DNA of 40,361 nt from Minisyncoccota bacterium (lineage in GTDB: Bacteria > Patescibacteriota > Minisyncoccia > Phycocordibacterales > Phycocordibacteraceae). The notes beneath the pieces were generated by a model, which saw nothing but the letters and a program-made list of their open reading frames with translations, searched no databases and was not told where the DNA came from. The position numbers and the translations under genes were made by a program. This document shows positions 33,824 through 40,361 of the stretch, piece by piece (the first letter of the stretch is position 1; each line of letters begins with the position of its first letter). Where the stretch lies: contig DASPLK010000004.1 of assembly GCA_035627595.1 (NCBI GenBank), positions 1 to 40,361 on the forward strand, given 5' to 3'.

Positions 33824-34504
33824 TCAACCAGAGACTATGACCACAAACTCTCCCCGCACCTCTCCCGGATGTTCCTTGAAATGAAGGGTTACCTCGCCCG
33901 CGCTTCCCTCCACCACCTGTTCATGAATTTTCGATAGTTCCCGCATGACCACTACCTTTCTGTCCTCATCAAGCACCTCCACCAAAGAAGTGAGTGCCTT
34001 CTCAATTCGGTGCGGTGACTCATAAAACACGACCGTACGCCTCATGTCCGCGATCTCCTTAAAGAGAGTTTGCCTCCCCTTCTTATGCGGCAAAAAGCCG
34101 AGAAATGTGAATTCATTTGTGGGAACACCCGCTATGGAAAGCGCTGCTGTGAGCGCTGAAGGGCCTGGAATGGTCTCAATACGAACCTCGCTCCCGAACG
34201 TGTCGCGCGCGAGCCGCACGAGCTCGCTTCCAGGGTCCGAGATGCCCGGCGTGCCTGCATCGGTAACGAGCGCAATACGCTTCCCCTCTCCAAGCTGCGA
34301 GAGTACTCTCGTGGCGGCAAGACGTCCGCTTTGCGCGTGGTACACCAGAAGCGGCTTCTGAATGTCATAACGTGCTAGAAGCTTTGCAGTCACGCGGGTA
34401 TCTTCGCAAGCGATTGCATCGGCCTCCTTCAGGGTCTGGAGTGCGCGTAACGTAATATCTCCTAGGTTTCCAATAGGGGTCGCAACGACAGAGAGCGTTC
34501 CCAT
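33824..34504 (-). CDS. rsmI: 16S rRNA (cytidine1402-2'-O)-methyltransferase.
   Basis: 226 aa. MGTLSVVATPIGNLGDITLRALQTLKEADAIACEDTRVT and ALVTDAGTPGISDPG. Confidence 0.9.
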   Translation of the reverse strand: MGTLSVVATPIGNLGDITLRALQTLKEADAIACEDTRVTAKLLARYDIQKPLLVYHAQSGRLAATRVLSQLGEGKRIALVTDAGTPGISDPGSELVRLARDTFGSEVRIETIPGPSALTAALSIAGVPTNEFTFLGFLPHKKGRQTLFKEIADMRRTVVFYESPHRIEKALTSLVEVLDEDRKVVVMRELSKIHEQVVEGSAGEVTLHFKEHPGEVRGEFVVIVSG

Positions 34505-34508
34505 ACCT

Positions 34509-35792
34509 CTAGGCGACGAGCGCGTTAGCTACCTTGTAAATGTCCCCTGCGCCCATAGTCATAATGACGTCTCCTTCTTTAGGCTCTGTCCGGAGCACAT
34601 CTTCGATAGATTCAAACGTAAGAGCTCTGGCCGATACGCCCTCAGCGCGCACTCGCTCGGCCACGAGCTCACTTGAGACAGTTCCATCGTTTACTTCTCG
34701 TGCTGCAAATATTGGCGCTATCAAGACTTCGTCAGCATCAGCGAACGCGCGCGCGAAACCGTCCAGAAGATCGCGGGTACGGCTGAAAAGATGCGGATGA
34801 AACGCGACGAAGATACGGCCCTCAGTCTTCTCCCTAAGCGCACGAAGGGTCTCCTTTATCGCAGTTGGATGGTGCGCATAATCGTCATACACCGTTGCAC
34901 CATTATGTGTGCCCTTGTACTCAAACCTTCGCCACGTTCCTCGAAACGATTCAAGCGAGCGGTTAATGAGTGCGGTGTGCAACTCGGGCATGACGACCCT
35001 CGAAGCAGCAGCAGCAGCCTTTGCGTTATGCGCATTGAACTCTCCTGGGAGCATCAACGGGTACTCCGGCTCCTTGGTGTAATCAATAACGCGAGGGGCA
35101 ATGTTTTCAAGTAAAGGCGCTATGCTCGGATGCTCTGCATCCGTAATAACAGCACCATGCGCAGGTACCTTCTCAATTAGGGCGCGAAATGCGTCCTGCA
35201 CATCGGCAAGATCCTGATAGTAGTCAGAGTGGTCGAACTCAAGATTCGTAATGACAAGCACTTCTGGCGAAAGCTCTAGAAAATGCCGTTGGTACTCGCA
35301 TGCCTCAACAATGAAAAGATCGGAAGTGCCGCCAAGGTAATTACTACCGAAGTCCTGCACGATGGAGCCAACGACCGCGGTTGGAGATGCACCTGCATCC
35401 TTTAGTATTGCCGCGAGCATGCCGGTCGTAGTGGTCTTGCCGTGGGTGCCTGCGACCGCGACGGTGCGATACTCGCCGGAAATCTGCCCAAGCGCTGCAA
35501 AGTATGAAAGTTCTGGTATTCCGAGCTCCTGTGCACGCACGCGCTCTGGATTGTCCTCCGGTACCGCCGCGCTATAGACGAGGAGATTGGTGTCTTCCGT
35601 TATATTTTTCGCCTCCTGTCCTATGACAACATCTATCCCCTTCTCGCGCAGGAGTTCAGCGACTGGGCTGTCGCTTCTATCAGAACCGGAGACTCGGTCT
35701 CCCTTTTCTTTCATGAGCTGCGCGAGTGCGGACATACCGATCCCGCCGATGCCGGAGAAGAAAATGGTGCGTGTGTTAGCGGTAGTGGACAT
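34509..35792 (-). CDS. murC: UDP-N-acetylmuramate--L-alanine ligase.
   Basis: Start at MSTTANTRTIFFSGIGGIGMSALAQLM (ATG 35792). Motif VAGTHGKTTTTGM. The longer track ORF (to 35951) adds 53 non-homologous residues. Confidence 0.9.
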   Translation of the reverse strand: MSTTANTRTIFFSGIGGIGMSALAQLMKEKGDRVSGSDRSDSPVAELLREKGIDVVIGQEAKNITEDTNLLVYSAAVPEDNPERVRAQELGIPELSYFAALGQISGEYRTVAVAGTHGKTTTTGMLAAILKDAGASPTAVVGSIVQDFGSNYLGGTSDLFIVEACEYQRHFLELSPEVLVITNLEFDHSDYYQDLADVQDAFRALIEKVPAHGAVITDAEHPSIAPLLENIAPRVIDYTKEPEYPLMLPGEFNAHNAKAAAAASRVVMPELHTALINRSLESFRGTWRRFEYKGTHNGATVYDDYAHHPTAIKETLRALREKTEGRIFVAFHPHLFSRTRDLLDGFARAFADADEVLIAPIFAAREVNDGTVSSELVAERVRAEGVSARALTFESIEDVLRTEPKEGDVIMTMGAGDIYKVANALVA

Positions 35793-36279
35793 ATGCTTCA
35801 AGAATTTTCGATTCGTCGAGATCACCGCGATTGGTTTGTAGACCCTGATCACGCATTCGGTCGATAAGATAAACCGGTTCATGCCACTCAAGGTCCGAAT
35901 CTGACTCTTCGTCCTCGGGACGCTCACCAAGTTTCGTGAGCCGTGCTGCAAAGTATAGCGTTGTCTTCTCCGTCTCGTACGATGTGCCCGGCGTTATGCG
36001 CGTCTGGATGGAACCGAGATATCTTCCTAGCTCGCCTTCAGCACCAAACTCTTCCATCAACCCTCGATGTACAGCGTATTCAAGCGACTCCCCGTCTTCT
36101 AAGGATTCACGCATAAGAATGAATACCTCCTCAAGACCGCCGAGCTTGTCATGGAGTTCAGACGGTATGTTCTCTCGCGTGCGCTTGTGCACGCAAACCT
36201 TTCCTTCACCATTTACGAGAACCGCACCAACAGAGATGTGGAAAGGACTGTCTACGCTATGCTGAAACCGGCTCATCAT
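35776..36279 (-). CDS. Nudix hydrolase.
   Basis: 167 aa. Nudix-box-like RESLEDGESLEYAVHRGLMEEFG. Overlaps murD by 4 nt and murC by 17 nt. Confidence 0.75.
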   Translation of the reverse strand: MMSRFQHSVDSPFHISVGAVLVNGEGKVCVHKRTRENIPSELHDKLGGLEEVFILMRESLEDGESLEYAVHRGLMEEFGAEGELGRYLGSIQTRITPGTSYETEKTTLYFAARLTKLGERPEDEESDSDLEWHEPVYLIDRMRDQGLQTNRGDLDESKILEAYVHYR

Positions 36280-37607
36280 AATGTAGAAACGAGCGCATTG
36301 AACTGATCGCCACGATCGTACTCGTTCGTAAACATTCCGAAAGACGCGAACGCTGGCGAGAGAAGCACAATATCCCCCGCTTCAGCATTTGAGACTGCAT
36401 CATCGAATGCTTCCTTAAGTGTATCGAATACAGACGCATCCGGAAGCTCTTCCCTCACTCGGTCGGTACCAGTTCCAGACAAAAGCACGACCCGCTTCGC
36501 TACGTCTGGGATAAGCGAGAGCAAGTTCTTCATTTCAAGCCCCTTATCATGTCCGCCCATGATAAGGATGACGCGCTTGCCATACTCATTCCCGAGCGCA
36601 TGGAGGGCAACGATAGTTGCTTCCGGTGTCGTGGAGTTTGTATCGTTATAGAACGAGATGCCATTCTTGAGCGCAACCAGTTCAAGGCGACCCGGTACGC
36701 CGAGGAAGGACTCGAGTGCATTGCGACTTATTTCATCCGGTATGGAAAGCACGCGCGCAGCAGCAAGCGCGAGCGCTGCGTCGTAGCGGTTATGCTCGCC
36801 GGGTACCAGAAGCTGCCACTCGCTTGGAAGAAGATTCTGTCCCGCTACCTGCACCCGTCCCGGAATATCCTCGCCATACTTCTCTATAACGGTAAGTGCC
36901 ATTTGCTCACCAAGAATAAGAGTGTCGCCGGGCTTCTGGTACAAAAATATGTTCGCCTTATCCGCGAGATAGAGATCGATATCATTTCGATAATACGAAA
37001 AATGGTCGGGATAGAAGGTCGTGAACAGGGAGAGTGTGGGGCTCATACGCGCATCTCCAAAGCCCTGGAGCTGCCAAGAATCGAGCTCGAAGAGCGCAAT
37101 ATGCTCTGGTGTTACCTCTTTTAGGAGCGCGAGCGTAGAGACGCCACGAACGTTTCCTCCGAGCAGCACCTTCTTCCCCGCCTTCTCGAGGATAGCGTTC
37201 AGCATGTAAGTAGTCGTCGACTTTCCACGTGTGCCGGTGATGCCAATGATAGGAAGCTTCGAGAGCTCCGCGAACCACGAGGCGCTCATTTTGATCGGGA
37301 TACCCGCTTTCCCTGCAGTTTGTATGTACGGAGAATCGAGAGGCACTCCCGCTGCCTTCAAAATATAGTCGCGATTTAAGAAGTCCTCAGTGCGATGCTC
37401 GCCAAGGACTAAGGTGATGTTCGAAAACTTCGAAAGTCGCTCGACTGAAGGAGCAAGCTCCTCGGCGCTTTTAAGGTCAGTAACGATAAGTTCGGCACCT
37501 TGCTCGGCAAGGAACTCAGCGTCCCCAACTCCGCGCCCAAGAAGCCCGAGCCCCATGACGGTTATGCGCTTCCCTTGAAGGAGGGTCGTATGATCCATTG
37601 CCGCCAT
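36276..37607 (-). CDS. murD: UDP-N-acetylmuramoylalanine--D-glutamate ligase.
   Basis: 443 aa. ITVMGLGLLGRGVGDAEFL and GITGTRGKSTTTYM. Confidence 0.9.
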   Translation of the reverse strand: MAAMDHTTLLQGKRITVMGLGLLGRGVGDAEFLAEQGAELIVTDLKSAEELAPSVERLSKFSNITLVLGEHRTEDFLNRDYILKAAGVPLDSPYIQTAGKAGIPIKMSASWFAELSKLPIIGITGTRGKSTTTYMLNAILEKAGKKVLLGGNVRGVSTLALLKEVTPEHIALFELDSWQLQGFGDARMSPTLSLFTTFYPDHFSYYRNDIDLYLADKANIFLYQKPGDTLILGEQMALTVIEKYGEDIPGRVQVAGQNLLPSEWQLLVPGEHNRYDAALALAAARVLSIPDEISRNALESFLGVPGRLELVALKNGISFYNDTNSTTPEATIVALHALGNEYGKRVILIMGGHDKGLEMKNLLSLIPDVAKRVVLLSGTGTDRVREELPDASVFDTLKEAFDDAVSNAEAGDIVLLSPAFASFGMFTNEYDRGDQFNALVSTL

Positions 37608-37624
37608 CCTAGCGCACTTTTAGC

Positions 37625-38125
37625 CTACCGGCACGGTGCAACCCCTACCCCGTCTGTATGGGTTAGGTGAAGCGTATCGCGCATCTTCGGTACTATAACG
37701 AGCTCGTACGGACTTGTTATGACGCTTGGAACCGAGCAATTTTCGTCTGGGTGTAGATGCTTAATATGTACCGTGCGCGTAAGCTGCGAATCAACGATCT
37801 CGGCGACCTGGATGTCATACCCCCCGGTCGAGTGAGTGCCGTCGAATACGGCGAGCACTTCGTTCTTTTCGAAGTCGACTGGTGGAAGCGATGGGCGCTC
37901 ATTTCCATGTATGAGGGTCAACGCGCTCTCGAGCTCCTCCTGGCTCTGTATGAGGTAGTTGCGCTGCGTATCGACATTTAGCGCATACTGCCCAGCAGCG
38001 TAACGCTCGAACATCACCGTACCGGTACTACTGGCCGACTGTTGACTAGGTTCGATAAAGTAAAGTGCAGCACCTACGAGTACGATGACCGCGCACAAGC
38101 CACCGATAAAGAGCGTATCCTTCAT
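37625..38125 (-). CDS. PrcB-like (protease complex subunit PrcB C-terminal domain) membrane-anchored protein.
   Basis: Start at MKDTLFIGGLCAVIVLVGAALYF (ATG 38125). The pattern VLAVFDGTHSTGGYDIQVAEIVD resembles PrcB_C. The longer track ORF would overlap the tRNA. Confidence 0.55.
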   Translation of the reverse strand: MKDTLFIGGLCAVIVLVGAALYFIEPSQQSASSTGTVMFERYAAGQYALNVDTQRNYLIQSQEELESALTLIHGNERPSLPPVDFEKNEVLAVFDGTHSTGGYDIQVAEIVDSQLTRTVHIKHLHPDENCSVPSVITSPYELVIVPKMRDTLHLTHTDGVGVAPCR

Positions 38126-38132
38126 GCGTACT

Positions 38133-38138
38133 AGTATA
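38133..38138 (-). promoter_or_regulatory. -10-like TATACT 7 nt upstream of ATG 38125.
   Basis: The coding strand reads CGTATACT-AGTACGC-ATG, located 58 nt downstream of the tRNA 3' end. Confidence 0.35.
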
Positions 38139-38195
38139 CGCGGTCGGCGCCAATGTAGTGTTATTAGTACACAGTGACAGCCAGGCTGCCGTATA

Positions 38196-38271
38196 TGGTG
38201 CAAGTGGTAGGATTCGAACCTACGACCGCTCGAGTATCAGTCGAGTGCTCTACCAACTGAGCTACACTTGC
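38196..38271 (-). tRNA. tRNA-Ile (anticodon GAU), CCA encoded.
   Basis: The minus strand folds by hand as GCAAGTG-TA-GCTC-AGTTGGTA-GAGC-A-CTCGA-CTGATAC-TCGAG-CGGTC-GTAGG-TTCGAAT-CCTAC-CACTTGC-A-CCA. All four stems are Watson-Crick paired, and the total is 76 nt. Confidence 0.9.
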
Positions 38272-38490
38272 CTGTCCTTAGACTCATGGATACTAACAGA
38301 AAGACCTGGGCTTTTCCAGCGTCTCATCTATAGTAATGGGAAGGATGATACACCGCGGTACAACCCGGGAATCCAAAGGCCTCCGGCTTCGGAGGGACTC
38401 CACTATCGATGATAAATACCGTCGGCATCGCAATAAGATGCGCATTTGGCGCCGGTGCGTGAAGAAAATAGATACGCAGGCCGTGCCAGC

Positions 38491-38526
38491 GTAAAGACAA
38501 AGCGCCCCAGCAAAGCCAGGGCGCTC
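38491..38526 (-). terminator. Intrinsic terminator after the small ORF.
   Basis: The minus strand reads AGCGCCCTGG-CTTTG-CTGGGGCGCT (10-bp stem including 2 G-U pairs), followed by TTGTCTTT. Confidence 0.6.
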
Positions 38527-38550
38527 GAGACGCACACGAGGTGCGCTTGG

Positions 38551-38766
38551 TCAGCTCAACGGATATGGCGGCGATTCATAGTAGCGCCATTTGCTGATGC
38601 GTTCGTCAGTGGGAAGAAGCTTGTGCTCCTGAACCCACATCTTTCGCTTGCCGCGCTTGACTCGATACCAGTAACCGTTGTAACCGGAGTGCCACCAGCG
38701 CGTGAACGCAGAAGGCATCGCAGTACGTCCGGCGTTCGAGCCGACATTCAAAGAACTCATTGTCAT
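38551..38766 (-). CDS. Small basic, Trp/Tyr-rich hypothetical protein (71 aa).
   Basis: ATG start, with sequence ...FTRWWHSGYNGYWYRVKRGKRKMWVQEHKLL...KWRYYESPPYPLS. It is followed within about 25 nt by a terminator and preceded by TATAAT at 38818-38823. No family recognised. Confidence 0.4.
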   Translation of the reverse strand: MTMSSLNVGSNAGRTAMPSAFTRWWHSGYNGYWYRVKRGKRKMWVQEHKLLPTDERISKWRYYESPPYPLS

Positions 38767-38843
38767 GCACTACCCTTTGCTCAGAAATGACAGGAATGCG
38801 CGGAGCGCGACTTATCAATTATAACAGTAAAGTATTATGAAGT

Positions 38844-39344
38844 CTAGTCCACTGTAACGACAACACTATCCTCCCAGTCTGTAATTGGCTCATCCGCGGG
38901 TCCAGGATGCCAGAGAGTGACAATAATTGTGTATGCGCCTGGCTCCTTGTACGTGTGCGTTTTGACGCTCTGGGAGCAACTTTCTCCCTCTGATTCCGCC
39001 TCAAACAGCGGTTCTGTTGTTCCGTCTCCCCACTCTACGGAGAGGCCATTGCCGCCGGGTCCAAACCAGCCGACCGAGATGACGCAGGAATCGATCTTCT
39101 CAAGAACGGGCGCAGGACCCGTTATAGTCACGGTTCTTCCGTTTACCTCAGCATCCAATCCGCGCGAGCCAGAATAGATAGTTCCCTGCGCACTCTGTCC
39201 CACAACCTCCGCTTCCTGCGAAGGCGCCTCTACTACAGGCGCTATGACCTCCGGGCGCGGGGTCTGCGTATATATAAACGCCAGCGTTATCAAAAGCACG
39301 GTGCCGGCAAGTGAAGCAGCAACAAGACGTGGATGCTCTTTCAT
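38844..39344 (-). CDS. Membrane-anchored or secreted PKD-domain protein.
   Basis: 166 aa. N-terminal helix LVAASLAGTVLLITLAFIY, then PKD-like VEWGDGTTEP...HTYKEPGAYTIIVTLW. Confidence 0.7.
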   Translation of the reverse strand: MKEHPRLVAASLAGTVLLITLAFIYTQTPRPEVIAPVVEAPSQEAEVVGQSAQGTIYSGSRGLDAEVNGRTVTITGPAPVLEKIDSCVISVGWFGPGGNGLSVEWGDGTTEPLFEAESEGESCSQSVKTHTYKEPGAYTIIVTLWHPGPADEPITDWEDSVVVTVD

Positions 39345-39350
39345 ATCTAT

Positions 39351-39356
39351 AGTATA
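39351..39356 (-). promoter_or_regulatory. -10-like TATACT exactly 6 nt upstream of ATG 39344.
   Basis: The coding strand reads GGCCTATACT-ATAGAT-ATG. Confidence 0.4.
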
Positions 39357-39370
39357 GGCCTCAAATGCCT

Positions 39371-39410
39371 AAAACGCACAACAGCCCCGGGTGGGGCTGT
39401 TGTGTCTTTT
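39371..39410. terminator. Strong bidirectional intrinsic terminator closing the 16S transcription unit.
   Basis: aaaacg-cacaacagcccc-gggt-ggggctgttgtg-tctttt: a perfect 12-bp stem with U-tracts in both orientations. Confidence 0.8.
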
Positions 39411-39557
39411 CACTAAATAGTTCGATTCTAGAAGGAGTGTTGAGTGCTCTTGTGTTCCGCCTATTCAGGACTGAGAAGTTCAATTGAGACTTCCCAGTAT
39501 CCTACCGGTTCGTTTTTCCGGCGTCCGGGTACCATTTAGGGATTAGTACCATTTCCC

Positions 39558-39635
39558 CTAGGTAGCTGCATGTCGGGAGCTATCAATAGAAAGACAAGTC
39601 CTTCTGAAAATAACTCCCAACATGCAGCCACCTAG
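39558..39635 (-). ncRNA. Long rod-like hairpin in the 16S 3' trailer or intervening sequence. A 25-bp outer stem (39558-39582 with 39611-39635) and an 8-bp inner stem (39588-39595 with 39598-39605).
   Basis: All four non-Watson-Crick positions are G-U on the minus-strand RNA and would be A-C mismatches on the plus strand. This indicates a structure selected in the same orientation as the 16S. Confidence 0.6.
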
Positions 39636-39670
39636 ATCGACGTGAGTGTCATTCCTGACATCTCGTTCCG

Positions 39671-40361
39671 ATTGGATATGTTCCACGACCAGCTTCCGCT
39701 AGCCGTGCCTTGTTACGACTTACTCCCTGTCATTGAATTTGCCGTAGTCCTGGACAAGCCAAGATGTCGGGCACCTCCAACTTCCTTGAGTTGACGGGCG
39801 GTGAGTACAAGACTCGAGAACGTATTCACCGTAGTATGGCTGACCTACGATTACTAGTGATTCCGGCTTCAAGAGGTCGGTTGCAGACCTCTATCCGTAC
39901 TGGGGTCGGTTTTTGGGATTTGCTCCACCTTGCGGTATTGCTTCCTTCTGTACCGACCATTGTATCACGTGTGCAGCCCAGGGCATCAAGGGACATGCTG
40001 ATTTGGCGTCATCCTCACCTTCCTCCCCCGTGAGGGGGCAGTCTCGCCTGACATAAGTAACAGACAACGAGGGTTGCGTTCGTTACCCCACTGAAGGGAA
40101 CAGCTCAAGCCACGAACTGACGACAACCATGCATCACCTGCCAAGCACCCTCGAAGGCTTCCTCCGTTTCTGGAGGCGTGCAGCTTGGTTTCTAGCCCTG
40201 GTAAGGTTCTTCGCTTAGCTACGAATTAAGCCACATGATCCACCACTTGTGCGAGTCCCCGTCTATTCCTTTGAGTTTTAAGCTTGCGCTCGTACTACCC
40301 AGGCGGCTCGCTTACCGCGTTAGCTTAGCCTCGCAGAGGGTCGATACTCCGCAAAGCGAGC
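39671..40361 (-). rRNA. rrs: 16S rRNA gene, 3' portion (about E. coli position 850 to the 3' end). The 5' part lies beyond the right edge. The 3' boundary is uncertain and could extend to about 39427 if the trailer is an excised insertion.
   Basis: Reverse complements of universal sites are present: ccgtctattcctttgagttt (40259-40278, 907R-like), gggttgcgttcgtt (40071-40084), gacgggcggtgagtacaag (39793-39811, 1392R-like) and ccttgttacgactt (39708-39721, 1492R-like). Helix 45 reads CACGGCUAGC-GGAA-GCUGGUCGUG (39684-39707). Confidence 0.9.

Noticed and set aside
38126-38203. Long version of the PrcB-like ORF (to 38203), and the long version of murC (35793-35951).
   Set aside because: The first would overlap the tRNA-Ile gene. 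The second adds 53 residues with no MurC similarity and overlaps the Nudix gene. In both cases an internal ATG gives a canonical N-terminus.
39441-39670. A homing-endonuclease-bearing group I intron in the 16S 3' end.
   Set aside because: The track reports no ORF of 60 aa or more in this stretch, and I could not identify P4-P6/P7 core elements by eye. It is kept only as the weaker 'intervening sequence' model in the findings.
1-40361. Alternative genetic code (UGA recoded, as in some CPR lineages).
   Set aside because: Long conserved proteins (SecA 842 aa, GatB, MurC/D, the 1,940-codon ORF) are intact under the standard code. At least one ORF followed by a terminator ends in TGA (the small ORF at 38551).

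Overview
This window comes from a compact bacterial genome that is coded almost entirely on the minus strand. Only one gene (17311-18612) is on the plus strand. Several traits point to a Candidate Phyla Radiation (Patescibacteria/Parcubacteria-like) organism, which is an inference: overlapping or tiny gene junctions, almost no Shine-Dalgarno motifs, and a 16S rRNA with substitutions inside the universal primer sites. Contents from left to right: (1) 1-5820 is a giant minus-strand ORF that the supplied track misses because it has no stop in the window. It encodes two tandem HTH modules, one TM helix and more than 1,700 aa of tail-fibre-like repeats. (2) An AT-rich spacer, an orphan membrane protein, and a second HTH-linker-TM protein that shares a promoter-proximal DNA box with the giant gene. 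(3) Housekeeping genes gatB, obg and secA, then a Lys/Ala-repeat histone-H1-like gene and murB. (4) A surface-glycan locus of about 13.7 kb: an O-antigen-ligase/polymerase-like TPR protein, a Wzx-like flippase, RmlC-like and RmlB enzymes, an RfbH/ColD-type 3-dehydratase, two SDRs and five GT4 glycosyltransferases. (5) At the head of that locus, a soluble TraD/VirD4-like ATPase whose stop overlaps the start of a secreted lamin-tail-domain/PKD protein. (6) A methyltransferase, two membrane proteins, rsmI, murC, a Nudix gene, murD and a PrcB-like protein. (7) tRNA-Ile(GAU), a small aromatic-rich ORF, a PKD protein and the 3' part of a 16S rRNA gene. That 16S gene has a non-canonical 3' tail and a structured trailer of about 230-260 nt, ends at its own terminator, and has no 23S rRNA within 38 kb downstream. 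No CRISPR array, transposase, integrase or prophage core genes were seen.
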